This document shows, in pieces, positions 1 through 8,955 of a stretch of 64,000 nt of DNA. Every line of letters begins with the position of its first letter. The stretch's first letter is position 1. A model generated the notes under the pieces. The model was not told the origin of the DNA and searched no databases. It was given only the letters and a program-made list of their open reading frames with translations. The stretch spans positions 3,690-67,689 of IMG/VR virus record IMGVR_UViG_3300037483_000370; one strand, written 5' to 3'. The translations under genes were made by a program, and so were the position numbers. The stretch comes from a virus. Lineage: Duplodnaviria; Caudoviricetes.

Positions 1-557
1 CAAGCGGGCTTGAGGGCGGTCCCCCACCCGTCCCACTGCTGGGCCTCGGGGGTGGTGGGAGCGGTGATAGGTTCGGTCCTCTGTATGCCTGTTTGTCCCT
101 CATATTTATTTTTGGAAAAAGAACCGGCCCCGCTGCCAGCATTATGGCCCCACAATTTCTTTTCTCCAACAACAGGCCGTTCCGCGCCCGCCGCCTTATC
201 GATCGCCTTGCTCACGTCCATCGATTTTGGAAATCCCTGGGAGTAAAGCCACCCGAGCTGATCCCTGATCTCAAATCCAGCGTCCTCAATGTTTACGACT
301 CCCCGGTGATAGGTCCGGGTCCCGAAAAATGATAGCAGATGGCCGCCGGGTTTCAGCACCCGCAGGGCCTCTCGCCACACATCGATGCCAGGAACAGTAC
401 GGTCCCATTCTTTACCCATGAATCCAGGTCTTTTACCATTCCCAAATCCATAGGGCGGATCTGTGACAATAGCATCGATAGAATTATCAGGCAACATCTG
501 ACGCATCCCGGCGAGATGATCCATAAAAAATAGCTTATTGATAAAGTCATTGCTCAA
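1..557 (-). CDS. DNA methyltransferase, N6-adenine/N4-cytosine type (runs off window start; absent from ORF track)
   Basis: Manual translation from TTG at 557 overlapping the upstream stop: ...DNSIDAIVTDPPYG...LRVLKPGGHLLSF...YSQGFPKS...QQWDGWGTALKPA. DPPY catalytic motif present; frame open to position 1. Confidence 0.9.
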   Translation of the reverse strand, partial: MSNDFINKLFFMDHLAGMRQMLPDNSIDAIVTDPPYGFGNGKRPGFMGKEWDRTVPGIDVWREALRVLKPGGHLLSFFGTRTYHRGVVNIEDAGFEIRDQLGWLYSQGFPKSMDVSKAIDKAAGAERPVVGEKKLWGHNAGSGAGSFSKNKYEGQTGIQRTEPITAPTTPEAQQWDGWGTALKPA

Positions 558-895
558 TGCAAAATCCTCTGCCTATACAAATTAACAGAATACTCATAAG
601 CATTACGCATTTCACGCGCCATAAACCGGATAGCGTCCGGTAGAACGATATTCTTGCTTTTCGCTACCATATCGATCTCGGACCTGGGAAAGGCAGCAAC
701 CCGGATAAACATCTCAATCCGTTCGGCTACAAAATAATTATAAGGAATACTCATTCCCTGGTCCTTAACCAAGCTGTCAATTATTTCAAATATCTGCTGC
801 CTATCTTCTGGCAGCGGGAACTCATCCAGCATGAAAACCATGGGGGTCATCGAACAATGGGCATTCTGCTGGTTTGCGTAGGGACACGATTTCAT
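554..895 (-). CDS. hypothetical protein
   Basis: 113-aa ORF with start/stop overlaps to both neighbours. Confidence 0.6.
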   Translation of the reverse strand: MKSCPYANQQNAHCSMTPMVFMLDEFPLPEDRQQIFEIIDSLVKDQGMSIPYNYFVAERIEMFIRVAAFPRSEIDMVAKSKNIVLPDAIRFMAREMRNAYEYSVNLYRQRILH

Positions 896-1029
896 AGAAC
901 AGGTGCCTTATATACCTTGCGGTCCTCAAACTCTTGCTGCTTGCCGGGATTCCAGTTGTTTACAGGCGCAAAATACCCTACAACGCGGCTATAAGTGAGG
1001 ACGGGAATTTTTAAGGTTTTCGGTTTCAT
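892..1029 (-). CDS. small protein resembling the C-terminal segment of anaerobic ribonucleotide reductase NrdD
   Basis: Manual translation MKPKTLKIPVLTYSRVVGYFAPVNNWNPGKQQEFEDRKVYKAPVL; YSRVVGY..P...WN.GK..EF.DR is the NrdD C-terminal motif; GGAG RBS; ATGA overlap with next gene. Confidence 0.75.
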   Translation of the reverse strand: MKPKTLKIPVLTYSRVVGYFAPVNNWNPGKQQEFEDRKVYKAPVL

Positions 1030-1081
1030 CTCCGTCTCTGTTTCCAATTCATCCATAATATTGCCCCGTCTAAACTCTTAA

Positions 1082-1215
1082 TGCGGGATCGGCGGGGATC
1101 GAACCCGCTCCTCCACCACTCATTCGCCTGTCATCGTAGCTGGCCTTGTCACAGCTCTTTGGACTTGATGGCAAGTAGAAAGCGGCGTTGTGCAGCCATT
1201 TACACCATCCTCCCG
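1082..1215 (-). ncRNA. tRNA-like element with enlarged anticodon arm (possible pseudo-tRNA)
   Basis: D-arm GTGT-AAATGGCT-GCAC and T-arm GCGGG-TTCGATC-CCCGC are present. Acceptor pairing is only about 5 bp and about 60 extra nt lie between the arms. Confidence 0.35.
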
Positions 1216-1216
1216 A

Positions 1217-1462
1217 TTATTTCCTTTCTGAAAAATTACAAACAATCCCGAGCCGTTGTTCAAGGGCGAGTATCGCCTCTTTTTCAAGCCGTGACTTACA
1301 TTCGTCAGAAATAAATCCCTTTATTTCGACATTACCCAACCCTTCGACTTCGAGCGTTGCAGTAGAATAATTATTCTCCCACGCAACATGAGCCATAAGT
1401 ATTTTCATCCCTTCCCTCCTATGGTTGGAGTTCGGATTTCCAAGCATCATATTGATCAGCAC
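1217..1462 (-). CDS. hypothetical protein
   Basis: ORF in operon orientation; true start may be the internal MKILMAH. Confidence 0.45.
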   Translation of the reverse strand: MLINMMLGNPNSNHRREGMKILMAHVAWENNYSTATLEVEGLGNVEIKGFISDECKSRLEKEAILALEQRLGIVCNFSERK

Positions 1463-1480
1463 ATTTAATAAAATTTGCCA

Positions 1481-1909
1481 TCAGTATTTACTCTCCTGCA
1501 CTCTCGTCTTTTTATAAATATTGATCCACTCTTTATAAGTATCATACATGTCGAAAAAATATTTATACTGCGCCCGCATCCGCTCCAGCTCGGATTCTTC
1601 TTTGTGCAGCATGAATTTGATATGCTTAAACTTATCAGATCGAACGATCCCCACCGCAGCCAGTATGTCCTCGGTCATCTCACAGGCCAGCTTATTGGCT
1701 TCCCGGTTGTAGGCTTGCGCCAGGTGGATCGCCTCGGTTCCGGCCAGGAGCTTTAATTCTGTAAGAATCTTAATGTTGACGGCCAGCTTAAATAACTGGT
1801 CGTCAACATCAGTGGATCCCGCGATAACCTCCGTGGGATTTTTGACCATGATCAGTTTATTTTCCTGCTCCTGGATCTGTTCGATGATATTGTCAAGAGA
1901 GGGCAGCAT
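1481..1909 (-). CDS. hypothetical protein
   Basis: 142-aa ORF, start overlaps upstream stop. Confidence 0.65.
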   Translation of the reverse strand: MLPSLDNIIEQIQEQENKLIMVKNPTEVIAGSTDVDDQLFKLAVNIKILTELKLLAGTEAIHLAQAYNREANKLACEMTEDILAAVGIVRSDKFKHIKFMLHKEESELERMRAQYKYFFDMYDTYKEWINIYKKTRVQESKY

Positions 1910-2427
1910 TATTGCTCCGTTTGGCCGCTTTTAATCGAAACGACCTTGCCATCCTCGACGCCGAGATCATCTGGCTGGTCGCCGGTGGAATCGTTCGGCT
2001 CCTCCTCGCACGGCTCCCTATTCGGCTGCTCGTCGGCTTTCTCTACGGCCTCCTCCATTGGCTCCTGCGCTGTGGCCACTTCCCCCTGGGCCTTGACCCA
2101 TTCTGCGATCATGGCATCATGAATATCAAACTGCCTAGTGAGCTTCTCCAACTCCTTGGCATCCATACGATTGACGGGGCCATAGAAAGCGAACTCGGTA
2201 AACCCCAGCAGGAGTCCAATCGACCTAAAGATTACCTCGGCCTGCGAATGGTTTTCGTCACGCCTTGGGAAATGATCCCAGATGTGAATAGGTGGCCGGT
2301 CCCCGATCGCCGGCCTCTGCATGTGCAGAAACAATTCTCCGCACCGATCAACCAGCCAGATGGTCCAGCCTTGGATCCCCAGCCAGTACCCATACAAAAA
2401 GTCATCTTTTCTCAGTTTCTCTAACAT
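1909..2427 (-). CDS. hypothetical protein with acidic C-terminal tail
   Basis: 172-aa ORF, GGAG RBS. Confidence 0.65.
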   Translation of the reverse strand: MLEKLRKDDFLYGYWLGIQGWTIWLVDRCGELFLHMQRPAIGDRPPIHIWDHFPRRDENHSQAEVIFRSIGLLLGFTEFAFYGPVNRMDAKELEKLTRQFDIHDAMIAEWVKAQGEVATAQEPMEEAVEKADEQPNREPCEEEPNDSTGDQPDDLGVEDGKVVSIKSGQTEQ

Positions 2428-2442
2428 GTAAAATCTCCTTAG

Positions 2443-2739
2443 TTATGTTTTGTTTATACAAGGGCTTAGTTCTGAACAAACTTCGCTCAGAACAACTTTT
2501 ATGCTGATTAATTCATCCCGTAAGCGGCACAAGGCAAAGACATGATCCGGCAGTGTCCCGGTTGATATTTCTTTACAATCCTCACTGCCATTTTTGAGGA
2601 CTGGTCCTATAACAGCTCCCCGGAGTGTATCTGACAGGTTGTGCATCTCATCAACAACACCGTTCACATCAGATAGTACAGATATCATCCGTTTGATAAT
2701 AGGACCACAATCTGGTCCTTGATTCATTTTGTTTAGCAT
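2443..2739 (-). CDS. hypothetical protein
   Basis: 98-aa ORF, GGAG RBS. Confidence 0.6.
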   Translation of the reverse strand: MLNKMNQGPDCGPIIKRMISVLSDVNGVVDEMHNLSDTLRGAVIGPVLKNGSEDCKEISTGTLPDHVFALCRLRDELISIKVVLSEVCSELSPCINKT

Positions 2740-2760
2740 ATAAATCTCCTTTTTTTTTAA

Positions 2761-3045
2761 TTATGATTCAGGGTGATCCCCGGATAATTCCATTGCAGCC
2801 TGCAGATACCGCGCGGCATCGGTTTGATCGGGGATCATGACAAATAGTTTGATAACTATTGTGCTTACATTGTTTGAAGTAATACGGGCCATGCCCAAAC
2901 TCTGCCACATGCCGCCGGAGCGGTGTACATCCAGCAGAAACTTGACCAGGGGAACGAACCCGATCAGGGTGTCGGCATAGATAGTGCCATCAACTTGCTC
3001 ATGGGCGTTGACAAGAGCGGATAAGACTTTTTTGGGATCGGGCAT
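2761..3045 (-). CDS. hypothetical protein
   Basis: 94-aa ORF, GGAGG RBS. Confidence 0.6.
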   Translation of the reverse strand: MPDPKKVLSALVNAHEQVDGTIYADTLIGFVPLVKFLLDVHRSGGMWQSLGMARITSNNVSTIVIKLFVMIPDQTDAARYLQAAMELSGDHPES

Positions 3046-3183
3046 GTAACCCTCCTATAATTTCCGGTATCTCCCCCCGCGCCACTACCGTTAAAAGCGT
3101 GTGACGCGGGGGTGGCAGGCTGAACCGGATAACCTCGATATGCCTTGCGTTTAATCTCCTGGCTCTTGATATGCCTGAGATAT

Positions 3184-3256
3184 TAGCGGGGGCCGGATTC
3201 GAACCGACGTGACAGAGGGTATGAACCTCTTGAGGGACCAGCTCCTCAACCCCGCG
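3184..3256 (-). tRNA. tRNA-Met(CAT), initiator-like; CCA not encoded
   Basis: Cloverleaf CGCGGGG / GAGG-AGCTGGTC-CCTC / AGAGG-TTCATAC-CCTCT / GTCGG-TTCGAAT-CCGGC / CCCCGCT-A; C1:U72 mismatch typical of initiator tRNA. Confidence 0.92.
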
Positions 3257-3272
3257 ATCTTATATATCGTTC

Positions 3273-3497
3273 TCAACTCAACCGTTTCGGCCAAGTTGGA
3301 GTTACCAAAAATTGTAACGTATAAAAATGAACCATCATCTTTAACCACATGGGCGATTCACAATATGGCAAAGATCCAATGCTGTTTGAGAGATATTCCG
3401 TAAACATCATGATTTCCCGGACTGCAGCCGGAAGCTGCAAAAACGCATCAGCACACGAATCAATCCATTCATCAGGTATATACATCATATTATGCAC
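3273..3497 (-). CDS. hypothetical protein
   Basis: 74-aa ORF in operon orientation. Confidence 0.4.
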   Translation of the reverse strand: MHNMMYIPDEWIDSCADAFLQLPAAVREIMMFTEYLSNSIGSLPYCESPMWLKMMVHFYTLQFLVTPTWPKRLS

Positions 3498-3799
3498 CCT
3501 GACTTCCGTAAAACTTCAATATAGGCTGCCAGCCCGTCGAGACCGTCCCTGACCTCTATCCAATGCCCCCTATGGGCGAGTATATCATCCCTGAACTTTT
3601 CCTGATCCGCGCTCAACCGGTCGCCGTTTACCTTAACCTCAATCCATACGGTGATACTGTTTTTAGTAGCCACCAAGTCTGTGATCCCTGGATAGGAATG
3701 TTCTCCGCTCTTGCTTCGGCCTTCGACGTTTGGTACAACAAACCACTTGGACCATTCCAAGAACTCCGTCACCATGCGCTTGAGTGCCGTGTGAGTCAT
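3485..3799 (-). CDS. VRR-NUC domain nuclease (PD-(D/E)XK)
   Basis: G.TDL...WIEVK...DRLSADQEKF pattern. Confidence 0.8.
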   Translation of the reverse strand: MTHTALKRMVTEFLEWSKWFVVPNVEGRSKSGEHSYPGITDLVATKNSITVWIEVKVNGDRLSADQEKFRDDILAHRGHWIEVRDGLDGLAAYIEVLRKSGCII

Positions 3800-3984
3800 G
3801 ATACTTTTAGGTCCATAGCCAATTTGGCCAGTATGGTTTTGGCCGTATCCAATTGGGTGAGGACCGGCAGCACGTCCACCAAGGTGTTCGGGCTCTTGGA
3901 GTGTTTGCGGATCACGGCTTTCATGGCCACGATCCGGTGTGACATTTCCTCAAGTTCTAGTTTAATTTCAGGTATGCTGGTCAT
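3796..3984 (-). CDS. hypothetical coiled-coil protein
   Basis: 62-aa ORF, ATGA overlaps on both sides. Confidence 0.6.
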   Translation of the reverse strand: MTSIPEIKLELEEMSHRIVAMKAVIRKHSKSPNTLVDVLPVLTQLDTAKTILAKLAMDLKVS

Positions 3985-5702
3985 AGGTCTTGCCCTGTCA
4001 GTAAGGTCCGCGCCCGTATGGACTCCTTTGCTTTTCCCAGGTCGCCCATAGCCTCCTCGATCGCTCCGTCCAGATCATTGCCAGAATCACTAGATTCACC
4101 AGTACCACCAGACCCAGGAGTTTGATCATCTGCCATTTCTTCATCTCCGTAACCTCCCATGTCGTTATCGACCTCCGGCGCACCCTCGCCCTGTTGTTGG
4201 TTCTGCTGCATCATCTGTTGGTATTGTACCCAGACACTATCAAGAATGACCTTGCCCTGCCCATCCGGGAGCGGCGGCAGATCGTCCTCGGCCCTGATCT
4301 CGTCAACGGTCATGTACGTCTTGACCCTTTCAGACTTGCTTTTCTGCTCAAATTCCTTGTCCTGCGGCTCAAGGCCTGTGTATTCAAACATGTATTTATC
4401 GGCCCAGCCGCCAAGAGTGAGAATTTTATTATTGATATTTGCCAGAAACCCCAAGAGATCAATGAGGCCGCGGTCTTTCGAGAATTGCTGTCGTCCGTTT
4501 GCGTTTTCGGTGAGTGCGCTGGTGGTGCTGAAAAACTTTAAGCCTGCTTCCATGAGATCGAACCCAAATATGGCCCCAATCAGGCTGGCCGTAAACTCCA
4601 GATATTTTTGGTACTCCATGTCCCTGTTAGACTTCATGAAGTCCAGAATCGATACTTTACCATTGAGCATCGGGATCCGGTAGGCTCCCTGGACCCCGGA
4701 GAAATTAGCCATCCACTGCTCTTGCAGATCGGATAGCGCATCCACGTCATAATCCCCGGTCTCGAAGGCCAAGCCGACTTTTGGTATAGTAGAACTACTG
4801 AACGCCTGTGCGTTATATGCCATAGCAAATAGAAAGGCAGTGAGCACGTTCATGGCCTGCTCAGTACAAGAATAGCCATAACCGGCATATCGAACGTCCA
4901 CCCTTTTATTCATGAAATCGAAGATAAGATCCTGCTGCCGGAAGGCGGCGCACAGCCTTCCGTCTATCTCCTGGACAAATCGAACCTCATCCAGAGGCGG
5001 AATGTTTTCTAATTTAGCTGCAGCCAACTTATTGGAAAAGTCATCATTCATCATGACAGCTCTGGGATCAAAGTCGGACTTGCTACCGCGATATCCCCCA
5101 GGGACTACCCTTTTAATAGTGCTGCCGTCAACCGACCAAAAGTCAACGAGCCTGCCTTTTTGATCCCGGCGCAACTCAATAGCCACTTTGTCGATTGTGT
5201 ATGCCTCCCTGGTGATTTTTTGCATATAATCAAGCAAGTTGTCCTCACGCTCTACAGCCTCCGGGAAGTCATTGCGCCCCGTGTTTAAAAACCACTCCTC
5301 AAGCCAAGCCATTTCCTTGCGTTCGTCTTTTGATGGGTTTTTTTCCTCATTTTTCATCTTGATGCGAAAACCAGGAACCTCTTGATCACGCGATGGTTTT
5401 GCAAAAGGACGCTCCTGCCGGATCCGATCATTGACAATCGTGGATATTACCGGATTGCGCTCCTCACACATGCGGAGTTTGTTGTCGGGGATATATTGAA
5501 ATTGCTCTTTAATGCCCCTCGATGTGTATAATTCCATTTGGCTTTCAAGTAAGGCCCGGATCGGGACCAGTTGTTTTCCGCCTGCTGTGCCAGGGATTTT
5601 CTTATCACTCTTGGCCTTCATCATCCCTAGGTGGCCCACCAGTTGATCTATGCTGATGTCTAAAAACTTAGCTGTCTGTTCGAGAAACTCTTGATTCTCC
5701 AT
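3981..5702 (-). CDS. phage portal protein
   Basis: 573 aa directly after TerL; portal-like segments (FWSVDGSTIKRV, YGYSCTEQAM, DMEYQKYLEF...IFG, MTVDEIRAEDDLPPLPDG). Confidence 0.88.
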   Translation of the reverse strand: MENQEFLEQTAKFLDISIDQLVGHLGMMKAKSDKKIPGTAGGKQLVPIRALLESQMELYTSRGIKEQFQYIPDNKLRMCEERNPVISTIVNDRIRQERPFAKPSRDQEVPGFRIKMKNEEKNPSKDERKEMAWLEEWFLNTGRNDFPEAVEREDNLLDYMQKITREAYTIDKVAIELRRDQKGRLVDFWSVDGSTIKRVVPGGYRGSKSDFDPRAVMMNDDFSNKLAAAKLENIPPLDEVRFVQEIDGRLCAAFRQQDLIFDFMNKRVDVRYAGYGYSCTEQAMNVLTAFLFAMAYNAQAFSSSTIPKVGLAFETGDYDVDALSDLQEQWMANFSGVQGAYRIPMLNGKVSILDFMKSNRDMEYQKYLEFTASLIGAIFGFDLMEAGLKFFSTTSALTENANGRQQFSKDRGLIDLLGFLANINNKILTLGGWADKYMFEYTGLEPQDKEFEQKSKSERVKTYMTVDEIRAEDDLPPLPDGQGKVILDSVWVQYQQMMQQNQQQGEGAPEVDNDMGGYGDEEMADDQTPGSGGTGESSDSGNDLDGAIEEAMGDLGKAKESIRARTLLTGQDL

Positions 5703-5781
5703 TTGCGTTACCTGCTTGTCAATGCGTGTTCTTGCCGTCGTTTCTGACGCACTTTGATTTCTGTTAAAAATTCAGACCTCA

Positions 5782-7218
5782 CTAGCTTCTGCCCCTTATT
5801 ACTCCAGGCACCCGCCGTTTGATTTTTTCTATCTCTTGTTGAAACTGCTCCCGGTCGCTCACCATGGCCTTGGCCGCCTTCTCTTTATAACCCTTTTGCA
5901 TAATGACCCCCGGCGATCGCAGGATCGGGAATACCCGCAAGCTCATATACCGTACAACGTCAGGGCCGTGGTCATCCTCTTTCACGACCTCCCGGTCTTT
6001 TGCCATGCGGGTCGCGGGATCCGCCCACTTATATGCGTAAAATTCTGTAATAAGTGCCTTGCATGATCTGAATATCTTGATATTTGGCCTAGTCTTGTTT
6101 TCATCGAAATGTAAAAGGTCAGCAACATGATCAATTCCCTTTAAAACCTCTTTGTCGGCAGGGACCGTAACAATACCGTTTTCTAACAAGGTAGCCCGAT
6201 CCTCGGCGTCGTGGTCGGCAACCGTCCAACTTATATGTTCATCCCCCGTCATCGCCTTTATGATCTCGGAGTGCCGGCGGACAGTTGTTTGCCCTAAGTA
6301 GTGCTCACGATAAAAATACAGGATGTCATTGCTCGCATCATACGCCGCCCAAAGGCAGCAGAACGGGTGCGGATGATATCCAAAGTCAATGCCCCTAAAT
6401 CGTTTCCAATCAGCCGGGATCTCAAAATCATCGACAATATGGACTTCCTCATCCAGGTGATAGACCAAGCCCTCATACTCTCCATATTCCCCGAAATAAA
6501 ACCGTTTCTTGAGTGCCGGTGACATGGCCCGGAGCGTCTCAATATACCCCTCTGCAAGGTTGGCTTCGTTATCCTCCGGCTGGAAATGTAGGTGTGCATA
6601 GCGATGAAAGTCTTCTTTGGGATTTCCAGTGATGGGATCCATTCCCATCCGGAACAGCACGTTGGTCCAGTTGTTCTTGACCGTGGGGTTGAGGTCGCAT
6701 ATAAACTTGAGCGAAATCGGATTGCCGTCCTCGTCTTTGGCCGTGTCATTAAGCCTGGACAGAAGGGGTTCAATGTGGTTATACTTGTTTTCATTGGCCT
6801 CAGTTATAAATATGGTCGCATACTCTGCAGCCAGCACAGAATCTATCCGACTCGGCTCCAGGCCCCCCAGAACTACCAAGGAACCGTTGTTATACTTTAT
6901 AATGCCTTCATTCTCATTTATCCTGCAAAGCCCTAGTTTTTCGTCTTTCCGGGCTAGGGGCAGGATCGTTTGTAGCCATATCGTTTTCTTTGCGTTCGCA
7001 AAACTGTACCGGGCTATCAGGTGCTTGCTGCCAGCAAAGTGTCTGGCCCTATACAGAATGAAATAAACCGCCAGAAATGTCTTGCCAGACCGACTGCCAC
7101 CAAAGAATAATATAAATTTCTTGGTGAAATCGGATAACAGCTTGACCCCATCAATCTGCTTTGGATTCCACTCAACCTTGGGGTCTTGTCTCGGCTTGTT
7201 GTTTGCCTTTCCAGCCAT
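5782..7218 (-). CDS. terL: terminase large subunit
   Basis: Walker A GGSRSGKT, Walker B IFITEANE, coupling motif DLNP, nuclease GIDFGY...HP and DDHGPDVVRY. Confidence 0.95.
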   Translation of the reverse strand: MAGKANNKPRQDPKVEWNPKQIDGVKLLSDFTKKFILFFGGSRSGKTFLAVYFILYRARHFAGSKHLIARYSFANAKKTIWLQTILPLARKDEKLGLCRINENEGIIKYNNGSLVVLGGLEPSRIDSVLAAEYATIFITEANENKYNHIEPLLSRLNDTAKDEDGNPISLKFICDLNPTVKNNWTNVLFRMGMDPITGNPKEDFHRYAHLHFQPEDNEANLAEGYIETLRAMSPALKKRFYFGEYGEYEGLVYHLDEEVHIVDDFEIPADWKRFRGIDFGYHPHPFCCLWAAYDASNDILYFYREHYLGQTTVRRHSEIIKAMTGDEHISWTVADHDAEDRATLLENGIVTVPADKEVLKGIDHVADLLHFDENKTRPNIKIFRSCKALITEFYAYKWADPATRMAKDREVVKEDDHGPDVVRYMSLRVFPILRSPGVIMQKGYKEKAAKAMVSDREQFQQEIEKIKRRVPGVIRGRS

Positions 7219-7768
7219 CTGTCAACGGTGCTTCAACATATATAATATCCCCGTTATGCACATCCCCGTCACTATACAGGCCCAGGATCTTGGCCAGTTG
7301 CTCAAGGGCCTTGTTCTTATCATGCATATCCATCTGCATGGTGATGGTTTCTGTCGTGTCGCCATCCTTGGATGTCCGGATCTCGCGTTTCATGCGTACC
7401 GACTTGACGGCGCGAGTATCTTTGCCCTTGGATGAATAAAAATATACCCCGTCCTGATCCCATTCCATGAAATTGGATAAATCAGAACGTCCGATGACTT
7501 CCAGCTCATTCCGAACGATGAACTTGAGCGTAGCAGCGTCTCCGTCCAGAATTTCATGACAAAGCTCGGTCAGAGCTGCCTGAACCTTAGTATTACTTAG
7601 CAGTTTACTTGCATTTACCTCAGCCGTGGCCTGTTTGCATCTCGGATTGATAGCCTGATATGCCCGCGCCCCATTACACCCTTGCTGGATATAATGGTGC
7701 AGAAATATCTTTTGTTTGGCTGTGATCTGGTCAATCGCCCTGGGTTTGTCTTTATTTTCGGTATCCAT
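7172..7768 (-). CDS. terS: terminase small subunit
   Basis: N-terminal HTH (KQKIFLHHYI...NGARAYQA...ASKLLSNTKVQ) and DKNKALEQLAKILGLY motif, upstream of TerL. Confidence 0.88.
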   Translation of the reverse strand: MDTENKDKPRAIDQITAKQKIFLHHYIQQGCNGARAYQAINPRCKQATAEVNASKLLSNTKVQAALTELCHEILDGDAATLKFIVRNELEVIGRSDLSNFMEWDQDGVYFYSSKGKDTRAVKSVRMKREIRTSKDGDTTETITMQMDMHDKNKALEQLAKILGLYSDGDVHNGDIIYVEAPLTDGWKGKQQAETRPQG

Positions 7769-7777
7769 ATTCTTTTT

Positions 7778-8368
7778 TCAGTCTTTTACAAAATCCATGA
7801 TCTTTGGAATACTTAATACACCCTCTACCAGTTCAATGCTGGTAGGAGTCACGATAACGCTTACATGCGGATGGTATTTCTCGTTGATAAGTTTCAATAA
7901 TGGCGTTGCCGCTTCTTTGAGTTGCTGCCATTCGGCATCCAATGATTGCTGATTCGACATAGGCACAATGTCGCTGATCCGAAGATCCTGGCCTTCTTGC
8001 TCTCCGAAAGACTTTATTCTCTCATCAGCGTTGGGACCAAGGCCAATTCCAACACTCAATAATTCAAGGTCGGTTATTTTAATAACACCACCGTCCTTGT
8101 AGGATCTGCGAATAAAGAAATTGACGGCGGGGGTTAAAGATTTTAACAACTTCTCTGCGATTCCTTGCTGCAGGCTAATATCCGCAATTATCTTGTCATT
8201 TTCTCTCCACAGTCTGGCCTGACCTACGGTGTTACTCAGATCAAAGCATAAAGTTACCGGCAGAGTAGCGGGAATAGTGCAACGATCGTCTAAGACAATA
8301 GCCTCCCCGTCACTGTTCGTGGTCCCATCGGCTATTAAGACGGTTCGTGTAATTTTAATCTCGTTCAC
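7778..8368 (-). CDS. possible prohead-protease-like protein (degenerate)
   Basis: Spacing resembles HK97-type proteases (DGE..., VG......D.IIAD, LELLSVGIGLGPNADERI), but catalytic His/Ser are not evident. Confidence 0.35.
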   Translation of the reverse strand: MNEIKITRTVLIADGTTNSDGEAIVLDDRCTIPATLPVTLCFDLSNTVGQARLWRENDKIIADISLQQGIAEKLLKSLTPAVNFFIRRSYKDGGVIKITDLELLSVGIGLGPNADERIKSFGEQEGQDLRISDIVPMSNQQSLDAEWQQLKEAATPLLKLINEKYHPHVSVIVTPTSIELVEGVLSIPKIMDFVKD

Positions 8369-8613
8369 GGCTTCCAGCCCTCCCCTTCCGGCGTCTCCAG
8401 GATGTCCTTGTCAAATTCCCCCGCGGCGAACTTTTCCAGGGCCTCGCGGTTTTCCAGGATGGCTTTGACCTTGGCGCGACTGATACTGAACCCGCCTTTC
8501 ATGAAATTCCCCTTGATCCGGACCATGGGCTTCCCCTTGAACGGGTAGTAATAGGCAATCTCGGGCTTGATTTCCGCCTGGGCCTGCGGCTGCTCTATCT
8601 GTACTCTTGCCAT
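8365..8613 (-). CDS. hypothetical protein
   Basis: 82-aa ORF, overlap with next gene. Confidence 0.6.
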   Translation of the reverse strand: MARVQIEQPQAQAEIKPEIAYYYPFKGKPMVRIKGNFMKGGFSISRAKVKAILENREALEKFAAGEFDKDILETPEGEGWKP

Positions 8614-8625
8614 AGTGATCCCCCT

Positions 8626-8943
8626 TTAATGTACGGACGCCGCGGCAGCGGAAGCTTGGGCCGCTGCGGGCGGAACAGGCGATTTAGCCTCGTCCTTCTT
8701 CGCGTTCTTGGCATCCTCCGCAGCCTGCTCCTCCATGAAAGGGTTATTGATCAGTACGAAATGGTTGGTATCGTCCAAAACAACCACGTCATCGCATTTT
8801 TCAGGCTCCATGATAGCCGTATGATTCCACAGCCTGACCAGCATAATGAATCCCGGCTGGGACTCAATCGTTCTCAGGTCGATGCCAGGCAGCAAAACAG
8901 ACCACATGCTCAAATAATCGTGAAAATTTCTCGGTGCGTTCAT
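8626..8943 (-). CDS. hypothetical protein
   Basis: 105-aa ORF, GGAG RBS. Confidence 0.6.
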   Translation of the reverse strand: MNAPRNFHDYLSMWSVLLPGIDLRTIESQPGFIMLVRLWNHTAIMEPEKCDDVVVLDDTNHFVLINNPFMEEQAAEDAKNAKKDEAKSPVPPAAAQASAAAASVH

Positions 8944-8955
8944 TGGTTCCTCCAG

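Noticed and set aside
1082-1115. attP site formed by a tRNA 3-prime fragment
   Set aside because: No integrase in the window, and a D-arm is also present, so it is not just a 3-prime fragment. It cannot be fully excluded without the rest of the genome.
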